A stretch of 64,000 nucleotides of DNA from Polyangiaceae bacterium. GTDB lineage: Bacteria > Myxococcota_A > Polyangia > Polyangiales > Polyangiaceae. Position numbers and translations under genes: made by a program. This document shows positions 48,548 through 61,265 of this stretch, piece by piece. The notes beneath the pieces were generated by a model. That model saw only the letters and a program-made list of their open reading frames with translations, did no database searches and was not told the origin of the DNA. The DNA lies in contig JBGANF010000010.1 of assembly GCA_044222475.1 (NCBI GenBank), forward strand, positions 43,244-107,243, given 5' to 3'. The stretch's first letter is position 1. Every line of letters starts with the position of its first letter.

Positions 48548-48823
48548 TCAGGCGGCGGCGTCGCGGACTTGATCGCGGTGCGACTTCAGCGCAGCGCGCA
48601 CGTCGTCGAAGCTCGGAGCACCAAGCCCTTGCGCGCGGCGAAGCAGGAACAGCGCGTGATGCACGTCCTGATCGTCCGGCTGCCCGTCGGTCCCCGCGAG
48701 CACGTTGCGGTCGATGGCCACCGCGATCGCGGCGACGATCTCGTCACCACGTGACGTCTCGAGGTACACACGCGCCTCGTCGACGGTCACCGTCGTGAGG
48801 CTACGAAGCTTGAGCTGGGCCAT
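48548..48823 (-). CDS. Small hypothetical protein (91 aa)
   Basis: GGAG RBS before ATG 48823; globular-looking DRN...PD...VHHALFLL...PSFD. Confidence 0.65.
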   Translation of the reverse strand: MAQLKLRSLTTVTVDEARVYLETSRGDEIVAAIAVAIDRNVLAGTDGQPDDQDVHHALFLLRRAQGLGAPSFDDVRAALKSHRDQVRDAAA

Positions 48824-48856
48824 GTCGAGGTCTCCGAGCGTCACGGAGTGCCGGGA

Positions 48857-48872
48857 CGCAACCGCTACGCCA
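48857..48872 (-). promoter_or_regulatory. Putative sigma54 promoter of the small protein
   Basis: Minus strand TGGCGTAGCGGTTGCG (GG-N10-GC with TTGC). Confidence 0.55.
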
Positions 48873-48894
48873 CTTGCAGTGGGAAACGGGCTGA

Positions 48895-49220
48895 AGGGGA
48901 AGGAACACCCCGGGCGCGCACCATGCGCACCCGAGTGAACGTGGAGCCAGGGCGGCGAACCTGTTCGCCACCCGAGCTCACGTACGTCGGAACGCCGGCA
49001 ATCGCCGGACGCACCGTTTCTCCACAGACGCTCGTGGCGCCTGCGAAAAACCTTCTCCGCGCGCACCCACGAGGGGATGCGGGCCCGGAAGCGGGAAAGA
49101 CGTGGGGGACGCTGGGGGCCTGACTGTTGCCCCGCTGAACCGTCCGCTCTCGTTCGCCTTCGTCGTCCGCCATTCCTCTACTTCGGGACACGGAAGCTTC
49201 TACTTCGATCCGTGTACTCC
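48895..49220 (-). ncRNA. Candidate structured non-coding RNA or long leader (family not recognised)
   Basis: Minus-strand A7 tract + TTGTAC-N16-TACGTT promoter-like site at 49226-49253; several stem-loops; no convincing CDS. Confidence 0.3.
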
Positions 49221-49285
49221 TCAAACGTAACCCGATCCTTGATCGGTACAACCATTTTTTTCGGAAAGGTCGGTGGCAGCTTCCC

Positions 49286-50929
49286 CTACAGGGGCGGAGG
49301 GGGCAGCTCGAGCCAGCGCACCATCGCTGCGCCGGCGTGCTGCGCGTAGTCGATCCGCAGCGCCCAATCGACGTCGCTCCCGGGGATCGCGCCAGCGACC
49401 GCGACGGGATCCGCCATCAGGTGCGCGCTCGACCCTGGCAGCTGATGCCGGAGGAGGAGCGCGAACGAGCGCCGCAGCTGCTCGCGGAGTCGCGCGCGCT
49501 CGGCGGGGTCGACGCCGGCCTTTTCGGCAGCGGCGAGGGTGGCGACGCCAGCTTCGCATCGACTCGCCGCCGGAGTGAGGCGAGGAGTGACGACCGTACC
49601 AACTTGGTACGCGCCGTCGCCGTCGAAGAGCGAGTCACCTTCGTGTTGTTGCTGAGCCCGGCTGTACGCGAGCCAACGGAGGCAGAAATCGAGCGCTTTC
49701 GGGTCGGGCGCTCGATCCCAGAGCTCCCCCATCGTCTGGCAGGTCCAGTGCTCCTCGCCGAAGTAGTACCGGTTCCCGAAGAAGCTCCACGCGCTGCCGA
49801 CGAGCCGAGCGAGCGCTCGCGACGCACCATCGAGGTACTTCGCATCCCCGAGGAGCGCGTGGGCCCGCGCGAGGGCAAGCGCGGCTTCGCCGGAGAAGTA
49901 GAGGAACTGCACGTCGATCCGCTGCCCGCTCGTCGTCACTTGATGCATGAAGTCGCCGTCGGGTCGCTGCTGCGACAACAGGAAATCGGCGAGGTCGCGC
50001 ACCAGGGGCACGTACGACGGGTCGAGGTTGGAGGACGCGATCTCCGCGAACGCCATCACCGCGAGCGCGGCCGAGCCGATCTCGAACGTGTCGCCATCGC
50101 CGATGCACTTGTACGCACCGCAGGCTTTCAGCCCCGACGACCGTAGGAGGTCTGCGCTCTGTAGCGCGGACATCTTGAGGACGCCGTCGCCGAGGAGGCG
50201 ACCGGCCTGCGCGACGAACAGCGTCGTCCCGGCGTGGCGCGGCCAGTCGTACCCGGGCTTGGCCTCGTTCTTGGCGGCGTCGACGAGGTAACGGTAGTGG
50301 CCATCGGCCGACATCCCGCGGGCCAGGTAGCCGGCCGCAGCCGCGATGCCGGCGCGGAGGTCCGCGTCGGTGAGCGTCTCGGCGTCGATGCGCTTCGGCT
50401 TGGGGAGAGACGGTACGGTGCGCTCGGTGCGGACGCGCTCGAGCTGGGCGCGCTCTTCGACGTCGGCGGGGTTCGCGCCGAGGCGCGACGCGGCCACCGC
50501 GCTCACGACCGCGAGATCGAGGCCGATCCCGAGCGTGAGCGCGTCGATCTGCACTCCGTGATCGTAGGCCTGCAACGCGAGGAGATCGTCCGGTGTGAGG
50601 ACCGTGCTCTTGCCGTCGATCGTGACGCGCACGCCGTCCCTCCCTGGTACGAACGACAGAGCGGCGGTGATGGGGTGGATGCGCAGCACCGGAGCGGTGC
50701 CGACCACGTGCTCGTAGACCACGGTGCCGGGAACTCCGTCGAGCGACGTGCCGAGGATGTCGGCCTTGGGGAGCTCCGCGCGCGCGACGAGCCGGCCGCG
50801 CTGCCAGACGGAGGCGATCACCGGTCCGTCGACTGCGGCGATCGAGTAGCGCGCCCGCATCGAGACGACGAGAACGAACACGAGCGCGGCGTACGCCGCG
50901 AGAAGCCGCCCGAGGCGACGCGGGCTCAC
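49286..50929 (-). CDS. Membrane-anchored hypothetical protein with an alpha/alpha-toroid (six-hairpin glycosidase-like) domain
   Basis: N-terminal TM; GHYRY...RHAGT, QQRPDGDF, YFSGEAALAL, HW and LRIDYAQH motifs; GTGA coupling. Confidence 0.65.
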   Translation of the reverse strand: MSPRRLGRLLAAYAALVFVLVVSMRARYSIAAVDGPVIASVWQRGRLVARAELPKADILGTSLDGVPGTVVYEHVVGTAPVLRIHPITAALSFVPGRDGVRVTIDGKSTVLTPDDLLALQAYDHGVQIDALTLGIGLDLAVVSAVAASRLGANPADVEERAQLERVRTERTVPSLPKPKRIDAETLTDADLRAGIAAAAGYLARGMSADGHYRYLVDAAKNEAKPGYDWPRHAGTTLFVAQAGRLLGDGVLKMSALQSADLLRSSGLKACGAYKCIGDGDTFEIGSAALAVMAFAEIASSNLDPSYVPLVRDLADFLLSQQRPDGDFMHQVTTSGQRIDVQFLYFSGEAALALARAHALLGDAKYLDGASRALARLVGSAWSFFGNRYYFGEEHWTCQTMGELWDRAPDPKALDFCLRWLAYSRAQQQHEGDSLFDGDGAYQVGTVVTPRLTPAASRCEAGVATLAAAEKAGVDPAERARLREQLRRSFALLLRHQLPGSSAHLMADPVAVAGAIPGSDVDWALRIDYAQHAGAAMVRWLELPPPPL

Positions 50930-51330
50930 CGACGATCCCCCAACCACAAGAGCTGCGCCGACGGAAGAAACACGAGGTACGGAACGACGAGCGCGGCCAC
51001 GAGCCCCAGAAGAAGTGCGCCGCCGCGCCCCACCGGCCCATACACGCCGGAGAGCCAGCTCGCGCTGAGCGCGAGGAGGAGGACGAGCACGAGACCGGCC
51101 GCGAGCGCGGCGTAGGCCGCGATGCGAGCAACGATCAGCGCGCGCGGGTGACCGAGGACGAGGAGCACGCCGGACGCGCCGAGGAGGCCCACGAGGATCG
51201 CTGCCGGCACGTCGACCGGGGACCACCGCGCGGGCAGCCCGGCGAAGACGCCGACGCCGATGACCAGCGCGGCCATCAGATCGGCAGCGCCGAAGAGACG
51301 TGACCAGGGCTTTCGGGCGGGGCTCACCAC
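50926..51330 (-). CDS. Small four-TM membrane protein
   Basis: Four hydrophobic segments; LSGVYGPVGRGG; start uncertain (51327-51384). Confidence 0.6.
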   Translation of the reverse strand: MVSPARKPWSRLFGAADLMAALVIGVGVFAGLPARWSPVDVPAAILVGLLGASGVLLVLGHPRALIVARIAAYAALAAGLVLVLLLALSASWLSGVYGPVGRGGALLLGLVAALVVPYLVFLPSAQLLWLGDRR

Positions 51331-51398
51331 GACGCGCACCGTACCCAAGCGGACCGCTTGCGGCGAGTCCCATGTGTGGTCCAATCGCGGGAGGTGGC

Positions 51399-52985
51399 AT
51401 GGCGCTACGCACGGGCCTCTACACGACCAGAGCGATCTCCGCGTGGCTCTTCGGCGGCGCGATGGTGCTCGCGGCGACGCGCGCGCACGCGGCGACGCCC
51501 TTCGAACAGGCGACGCAGCTCTTCGACGCCGGCTCGTGGGAGCCGGCCGCGCTCGCGCTCGAAGGCGTCACGCGCACCGGATCTCCGTTCGAGCGCGAGG
51601 TCGCCGAGTACGACCTCGCGATCTCGCTCCATCGCATGGGCCTCCCGAGCGCGGCCTACGCGCTGTTCAGCAGCATCGCGGACCGGCCCAACCACGCGCG
51701 GTTCGACGAGACGCTCGTGTGGCTCGCGAAGCTCGCGATCGAGCTCCCCGAGCCCGCCGACGTCATCGAGCGCATCGGCAAGTACGACCCCGACCGCGTC
51801 AGTCGATTCGCCGAGACCCAGCGCGAGACGGCCTCGCAGCTGAGATACCTCTTCGGCCGCTATCAGTACCGCAGCGGTCTCTACGAGGCGGCGCTGCGGT
51901 CCTTCGCCGACGTCGGGCGCGCGAGCACGAGCTGGGTCCGCGGCCGCTTCTACTGTGCGGCGGCGAACGTGCAGCTCCGTCGGTCGGCACCGGCGATCGC
52001 GTGCCTCCGCGAAGCGCTCTCTGCGATCGACGCTCCCGGAGCCCCTGCCGACGACGTCGCGTTGCGCGACCTGGCACACCTCTCGATCGCGCGCGTTCTC
52101 TACTCGGATTCGTTCCGACTCGGGAGCGACCGCACGGCGACGATCGACGGCACCGAGCTCCACTCCGCGGTCGACGCGTGGAGCAGGGTCGATCGCGCGA
52201 GCCCGCTCTGGCTCGACGCGCTCTCCGAGCAAGCGTGGGCCTACTTCATGGAGCGCGACGATGCGCGCGCGCTCGGGAACCTGCACACCTTGGATGCACC
52301 CTATTTCGCCGGCGCGTACTACCCCGAGGCGTCGATCCTCCGCTCGCTGATCTTCGTCACCAACTGCCAGTGGGAGGACGCGACGACCACTGCGCTCGCG
52401 TTCCAGCGCAAGTTCCTCCCCATCGCCGACGGGCTCGGTCGCGTCCTGACCCGAGTGTCGAGCGACGCCTCCGATGCGCGGGCCCTCGCGCTCGTGGTCG
52501 ACGTGCGCGCCGACCTCGCCGAGGGCACCGACCGCGCGGGCATCCCGGCGGTCGTGCGGCCGATGATGGCGCGCATCGCGACCGATCGCGCGATCGGTCG
52601 CCAGATCGAGTGGGTCCGCTTCATCGACGCCGAGCGCGCGCGCCTCGGCGAGAAGTCACCCGCGCTGCGCGCATCGAGCCTCGGCGGCACAATCGCCGAC
52701 GTGCTCCAACTCGCGCACGACATCGCGGTCCGAGACGTCGCGAGGCTCGTCCGAGCGCGACTGCGACGCGAGAACGACGAGCTCGACGCGCACCTGAGGA
52801 CGAGCGCGAACGTGGTCGTGAGCATCCCGACCTGGATGCGCGACGGTGGAGGCATCGGCATCGCGGGAGCGCCGAAGGCCATCACGGTCGACCACGAGCA
52901 CGTGAAGTGGCCGTTCGACGGAGAGTTCTGGAGCGACGAGCTGGGCTCGTACCGCCAAGCGGTACGATCCGAGTGCGCCCGCTGA
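51399..52985 (+). CDS. Exported TPR protein resembling the myxobacterial gliding-motility protein GltC
   Basis: GGAGG RBS; signal peptide; TPR helices; C-terminal WPFDGEFWSDELGSYR...C, a motif I recall from GltC-like proteins. Confidence 0.6.
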   Translation: MALRTGLYTTRAISAWLFGGAMVLAATRAHAATPFEQATQLFDAGSWEPAALALEGVTRTGSPFEREVAEYDLAISLHRMGLPSAAYALFSSIADRPNHARFDETLVWLAKLAIELPEPADVIERIGKYDPDRVSRFAETQRETASQLRYLFGRYQYRSGLYEAALRSFADVGRASTSWVRGRFYCAAANVQLRRSAPAIACLREALSAIDAPGAPADDVALRDLAHLSIARVLYSDSFRLGSDRTATIDGTELHSAVDAWSRVDRASPLWLDALSEQAWAYFMERDDARALGNLHTLDAPYFAGAYYPEASILRSLIFVTNCQWEDATTTALAFQRKFLPIADGLGRVLTRVSSDASDARALALVVDVRADLAEGTDRAGIPAVVRPMMARIATDRAIGRQIEWVRFIDAERARLGEKSPALRASSLGGTIADVLQLAHDIAVRDVARLVRARLRRENDELDAHLRTSANVVVSIPTWMRDGGGIGIAGAPKAITVDHEHVKWPFDGEFWSDELGSYRQAVRSECAR

Positions 52986-52998
52986 ATCAGCACGGCGA

Positions 52999-53145
52999 CC
53001 CCGGAGATTTGAACAGGAAGGGCGGAAGAAAGGAAGGTTTGGGGGGCGTTCCACCAACGCTGGCGTCAGGGCGATGAGCTCGCATCCACGATCAACCCCC
53101 AATCCTTCCGTTCTTCCGCCCTTCCTGTTCTCTCTCTCTCCGGGG
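52999..53145. repeat. Dispersed inverted-repeat element, copy 2 (GAACAGGAAGGGCGGAAG family)
   Basis: GAACAGGAAGGGCGGAAGAA...GGGGG pairs with CCCCC...TTCTTCCGCCCTTCCTGTTC; lies between convergent genes. Confidence 0.7.
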
Positions 53146-53153
53146 CACCGCGG

Positions 53154-54577
53154 CTACGGCGCGTACGCATAGGGGGACGACTGAAGCCGCGTCTCGCTCT
53201 CGAGGAACGCGTCGACCGCTCGCGCCGTCTCGCGGCCTTCCCAGATCGCCCAGACCACGAGCGACGCTCCGCGGCGCACGTCTCCGCAAGCGAAGATGCC
53301 GTCGGTGCTGGTCGCGAAGCGGTCGGCTTTGACGTTGCCTCGCGCATCGCGCGCGAGCGCTCCTCCGCGGAAGGTGCGTTCGCCCGGACCGACGAAACCC
53401 AGCGCGAGGAGGACGAGGTCCGCCTCGATCAGCTCGGGGGCTCCGTCGTCGACGAGCGCCGATCCCTCGAGGCGGACGCGGACGACCTCGATCGCTCGAA
53501 CGCGGCCGCTCTCGTCGGCCACGAAGCGCGCCGTGCGGAGCGCGAAGTCGCGAGCCGCACCCTCCTCCTGGCTCGACGACGTGCGAAACACCAGCGGCCA
53601 GAGCGGCCACGGCGTGGTCGCCGATCGAGCCTCGGGCGGGCGCGGCATGATCTCGATCTGCGTCACCGCCTTCGCCCCCTGGCGGATCGCCGTGCCCACG
53701 CAGTCGGAGCCGGTGTCGCCGCCTCCGAGGACGATGACCCGCTTGCCGCGGGCATCGATGGTGCGCTCGATCGCATCGCCGGCGACGTGACGGTTCTCTT
53801 GCGTAAGGTAGTCCATCGCGAGGTGGATCCCACCGAGGTCGCGGCCTTCGATCGCGAGATCGCGCGCCGTCGGTGCGCCAGTCGCGACGACGACCGCGTC
53901 CGCGTGTTGGCGCAGCTCGCCGATCGTCGCGTCGACCCCGACCTCGAAGCCGGTCCGAAACACCACCCCCTCGGCGCGGAGCTGCGCGATCCGCGCGTCG
54001 AGGATGCTCTTCTCGAGCTTGAAATCCGGGATCCCGTAGCGAAGGAGCCCGCCGATGCGATCGCTCTTCTCGATGACCGTCACCGAGTGCCCCGCTCGCG
54101 CGAGCTGCTGCGCGCACGCGAGACCCGCCGGCCCCGAGCCGACGATCGTGACGCGGTGACCCGTGCGCCGTTCGGGCACGCGCGGAGCGAGATCCCCGAG
54201 AGCGTCGTCCCCGAGCGAGCGCTCGATCGCCTTGATCGAGACGGCCTCGCCGCCGATGCCGGCGACGCAAGCCGCCTCGCACGGCGCAGGGCAGATGCGG
54301 CCGGTGACCTCGGGGAAGTTGTTCGTCCCGAGGAGGGACACCCGCGCGTCGGCCGGTCGACCGCGGACCAGGTGGTCGTTCCAGTCGGGGATGACGTTCC
54401 CGAGCGGGCAACCCGTGTGGCAGAACGGCACCCCGCACTGCATGCAGCGGGCCGCTTGTTCCGACGTCTGCGGGGCGGACAGGCGGTGCTCGAACTCGTG
54501 GGAGTGCCGGATGCGCGAGGCGACCGGGTCCTTCGAGCCCTCGCGCCGGGGATCGTGGAGGAACGGGAGGCGACGCT

Positions 54578-54581
<4 letters not shown>
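53154..54581 (-). CDS. gltD: Glutamate synthase small (beta) subunit
   Basis: RCMQCGVPFCHTGCP, TNNFPEVTGRICPAPCE, GSGPAG, GGGDTGSDC and GDVRRGASLVVWAI motifs. Confidence 0.95.
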
Positions 54582-59085
<4,504 letters not shown>

Positions 59086-59089
<4 letters not shown>

Positions 59090-59592
59090 CGCGGCCTCCT
59101 CCCGCGCACCTTGGGCGCGGCGTCGGTTTCCGGGAGCTCGATCTTGGTCCGCTCGACCTTGGTCTCGAGGACGATCATCGTCTCGGTCCGGTCGACGCCG
59201 GGGAGCTCTCGCAGCTCGCTGATGAGCGCGTGCAGCGACTCGGTGTTCTCGGTGCGGATCTTCAGCATCAAGGTGTGGCGGCCGGTGACGTGATGGCACT
59301 CGAGCACGCTCGGGATTGCGAGCACCGCCTTCTCGAAAGCGGCCATGTGCTTCGGGTGGTCGATGCCGACGCCGATGAACGCGCCGATGTCGAGACCGGC
59401 GAGACGCGCGTCGACTTGCGCGTGGTAGCCGCGCACGATGCCGGCCTTCTCCAACCGACGAACGCGCTCGAGCACCGCCGGGGGCCGGAGACCGACGCGC
59501 TCTCCGAGCGCTGCGAGCGACTCGGTGCAGTCGTCCTGCATCGCCATCAGCAGCGTGCGATCGGTGGGGTCGAGGGCGAGGCGGTCGTCCAT
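59086..59592 (-). CDS. Lrp/AsnC-family transcriptional regulator
   Basis: LDPTD...VGLRPPAVLERVRRLEKAGIVRGYHA HTH; ECHHVTG; TETMIVL. Confidence 0.92.
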
Positions 59593-59602
59593 CTCGTTCC
59601 CT

Positions 59603-59732
59603 TAGGTAGCAAGCCAACGCAGCGTGTCAATCTTTCGTTCGTTGCATCATGCACTATTTCGAAGATTCTTCGGTCTAGTGGCGCTTTTGACGAAAATCAT
59701 TCGTTCCCATTGCCCGCCGTTTTTCGTAAGCT
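59603..59732. promoter_or_regulatory. AT-rich divergent promoter region between lrp-gltBD and thrC
   Basis: Minus strand TTGACA-N16-TACCTA; plus strand TTCCCA-N17-TAAGCT; AT-rich core. Confidence 0.45.
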
Positions 59733-59743
59733 CCGGCGTTCCC

Positions 59744-61057
59744 ATGACCTTCACCGCCCGATTCGTCTGCTTCTCCGGCTGCGGCGAGCACTACCCGCTC
59801 GACGAGATCATCTACCGCTGCAAGCGCTGCGGCTCGCTCCTCGACGTCGAGCACGACGTCGATGCGCTACGCGCGCGAAGCGCGGCCGAGTGGATGGCGC
59901 TCCTCGACAAACGATGGATGCGCACGGAGTGGCCCTACGGCTCGGGCGTTTGGGGCAAGCTCGAGTGGGTCCACCCGGGCATCGCGCACGAGAGCATCGT
60001 CAGCTTCGCGGAGGGCGGCTCGAACCTGCTCTGGGCGGAGCGCTATGGGCGCGACGTCGGTCTCGACGACCTGTGGATCAAGCAGTGCGGAAACTCGCAC
60101 TCGGGCTCGTTCAAGGATCTCGGGATGACGGTCCTCGTGTCGGCGGTGCGCGAGATGATCCGACGCGGGAGGACGGTGCGCGCGATCGCGTGCGCGAGCA
60201 CGGGGGACACGTCGGCAGCGCTGTCGGCGTACTGCGCGGCGGCGGGGTTGCCGGCGCTCGTGCTGCTCCCGCGCGACAAGGTGTCGATCGCGCAGCTCAT
60301 CCAACCGATCGCCAACGGCGCCAAGGTGTTCTCGCTCGACACCGACTTCGACGGCTGCATGCGCGTCGTGAAGGAGCTCACCGAGGACGGATCGATCTAC
60401 CTCGCCAACTCGATGAACAGCCTCCGGATCGAGGGCCAGAAGACGGTCGCCGTCGAGATCGTGCAGCAGTTCGATTGGCAGGTGCCCGATTGGGTCGTCG
60501 TGCCGGGCGGAAACCTGGGCAACGTCTACGCGCTGGGCAAGGGATTCACGCTCCTGCGCGATCTCGGGATCATCACGAAGATGCCGCGGCTGTGCGTCGC
60601 CCAGGCCGAGCGCGCGAACCCGCTCTACCGCGCGTTCGTCGCTGGGTTCGAGAAGTACGCACCGATCCACGCCGAAGCGACCGCGGCGAGCGCGATCCAG
60701 ATCGGCGATCCGGTGAGCATCCACCGAGCCATCCGCGTGCTCGAGACGACGAACGGGGTGGTCGAGCAGGCGACGGAGGACGAGCTCGCCGACGCGGTCG
60801 CGCGGGCCGATCGCACCGGGATGTACAACTGCCCGCACACCGGGGTCGCGCTGGCGGCGGTGGAGAAGCTCGCGAAGCGCGGGGTGATCGCGAAGGACGA
60901 GCGGGTCGTGGTCGTGAGCACCGCACACGGGCTCAAGTTCACCGAGTTCAAGCGCGGGTACCACATGGGGACGCTACCGGGCGTCGAGCCGAGGTGGGCG
61001 AATCGCCCCATCGAGGTGGGGGCGAGCGCGGACGAGGTGCGACGGCACTTGGGGTGA
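59744..61057 (+). CDS. thrC: Threonine synthase (plant-like subfamily)
   Basis: SFKDLG (PLP Lys), [30 protein letters not shown] and STAHGLKF motifs. Confidence 0.95.
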   Translation: MTFTARFVCFSGCGEHYPLDEIIYRCKRCGSLLDVEHDVDALRARSAAEWMALLDKRWMRTEWPYGSGVWGKLEWVHPGIAHESIVSFAEGGSNLLWAERYGRDVGLDDLWIKQCGNSHSGSFKDLGMTVLVSAVREMIRRGRTVRAIACASTGDTSAALSAYCAAAGLPALVLLPRDKVSIAQLIQPIANGAKVFSLDTDFDGCMRVVKELTEDGSIYLANSMNSLRIEGQKTVAVEIVQQFDWQVPDWVVVPGGNLGNVYALGKGFTLLRDLGIITKMPRLCVAQAERANPLYRAFVAGFEKYAPIHAEATAASAIQIGDPVSIHRAIRVLETTNGVVEQATEDELADAVARADRTGMYNCPHTGVALAAVEKLAKRGVIAKDERVVVVSTAHGLKFTEFKRGYHMGTLPGVEPRWANRPIEVGASADEVRRHLG

Positions 61058-61265
61058 GCGGAGAGATGCTCACCGCGGCGCGCTGCGCGCCGCGACTCTC
61101 TTCGCGTGCGGCGCCCGCCCCACGCGGGGAGAGTGGTTCCACCGATGTACCTAATTGGTACACACTCCGACTCGACGCGTGAGGCACCCCCATTCGGTCG
61201 TCGCTGCATTTTGCGTGGAGCAATCGCTTCGGGGCGAGCTCCCGCGCTGGGTGTATGATGCTCTC

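Noticed and set aside
48845..48900. c-di-GMP-I riboswitch-like GGGACGCAA
   Set aside because: The GCAAA/GAAA tetraloop architecture is missing and it is on the wrong strand for the adjacent gene
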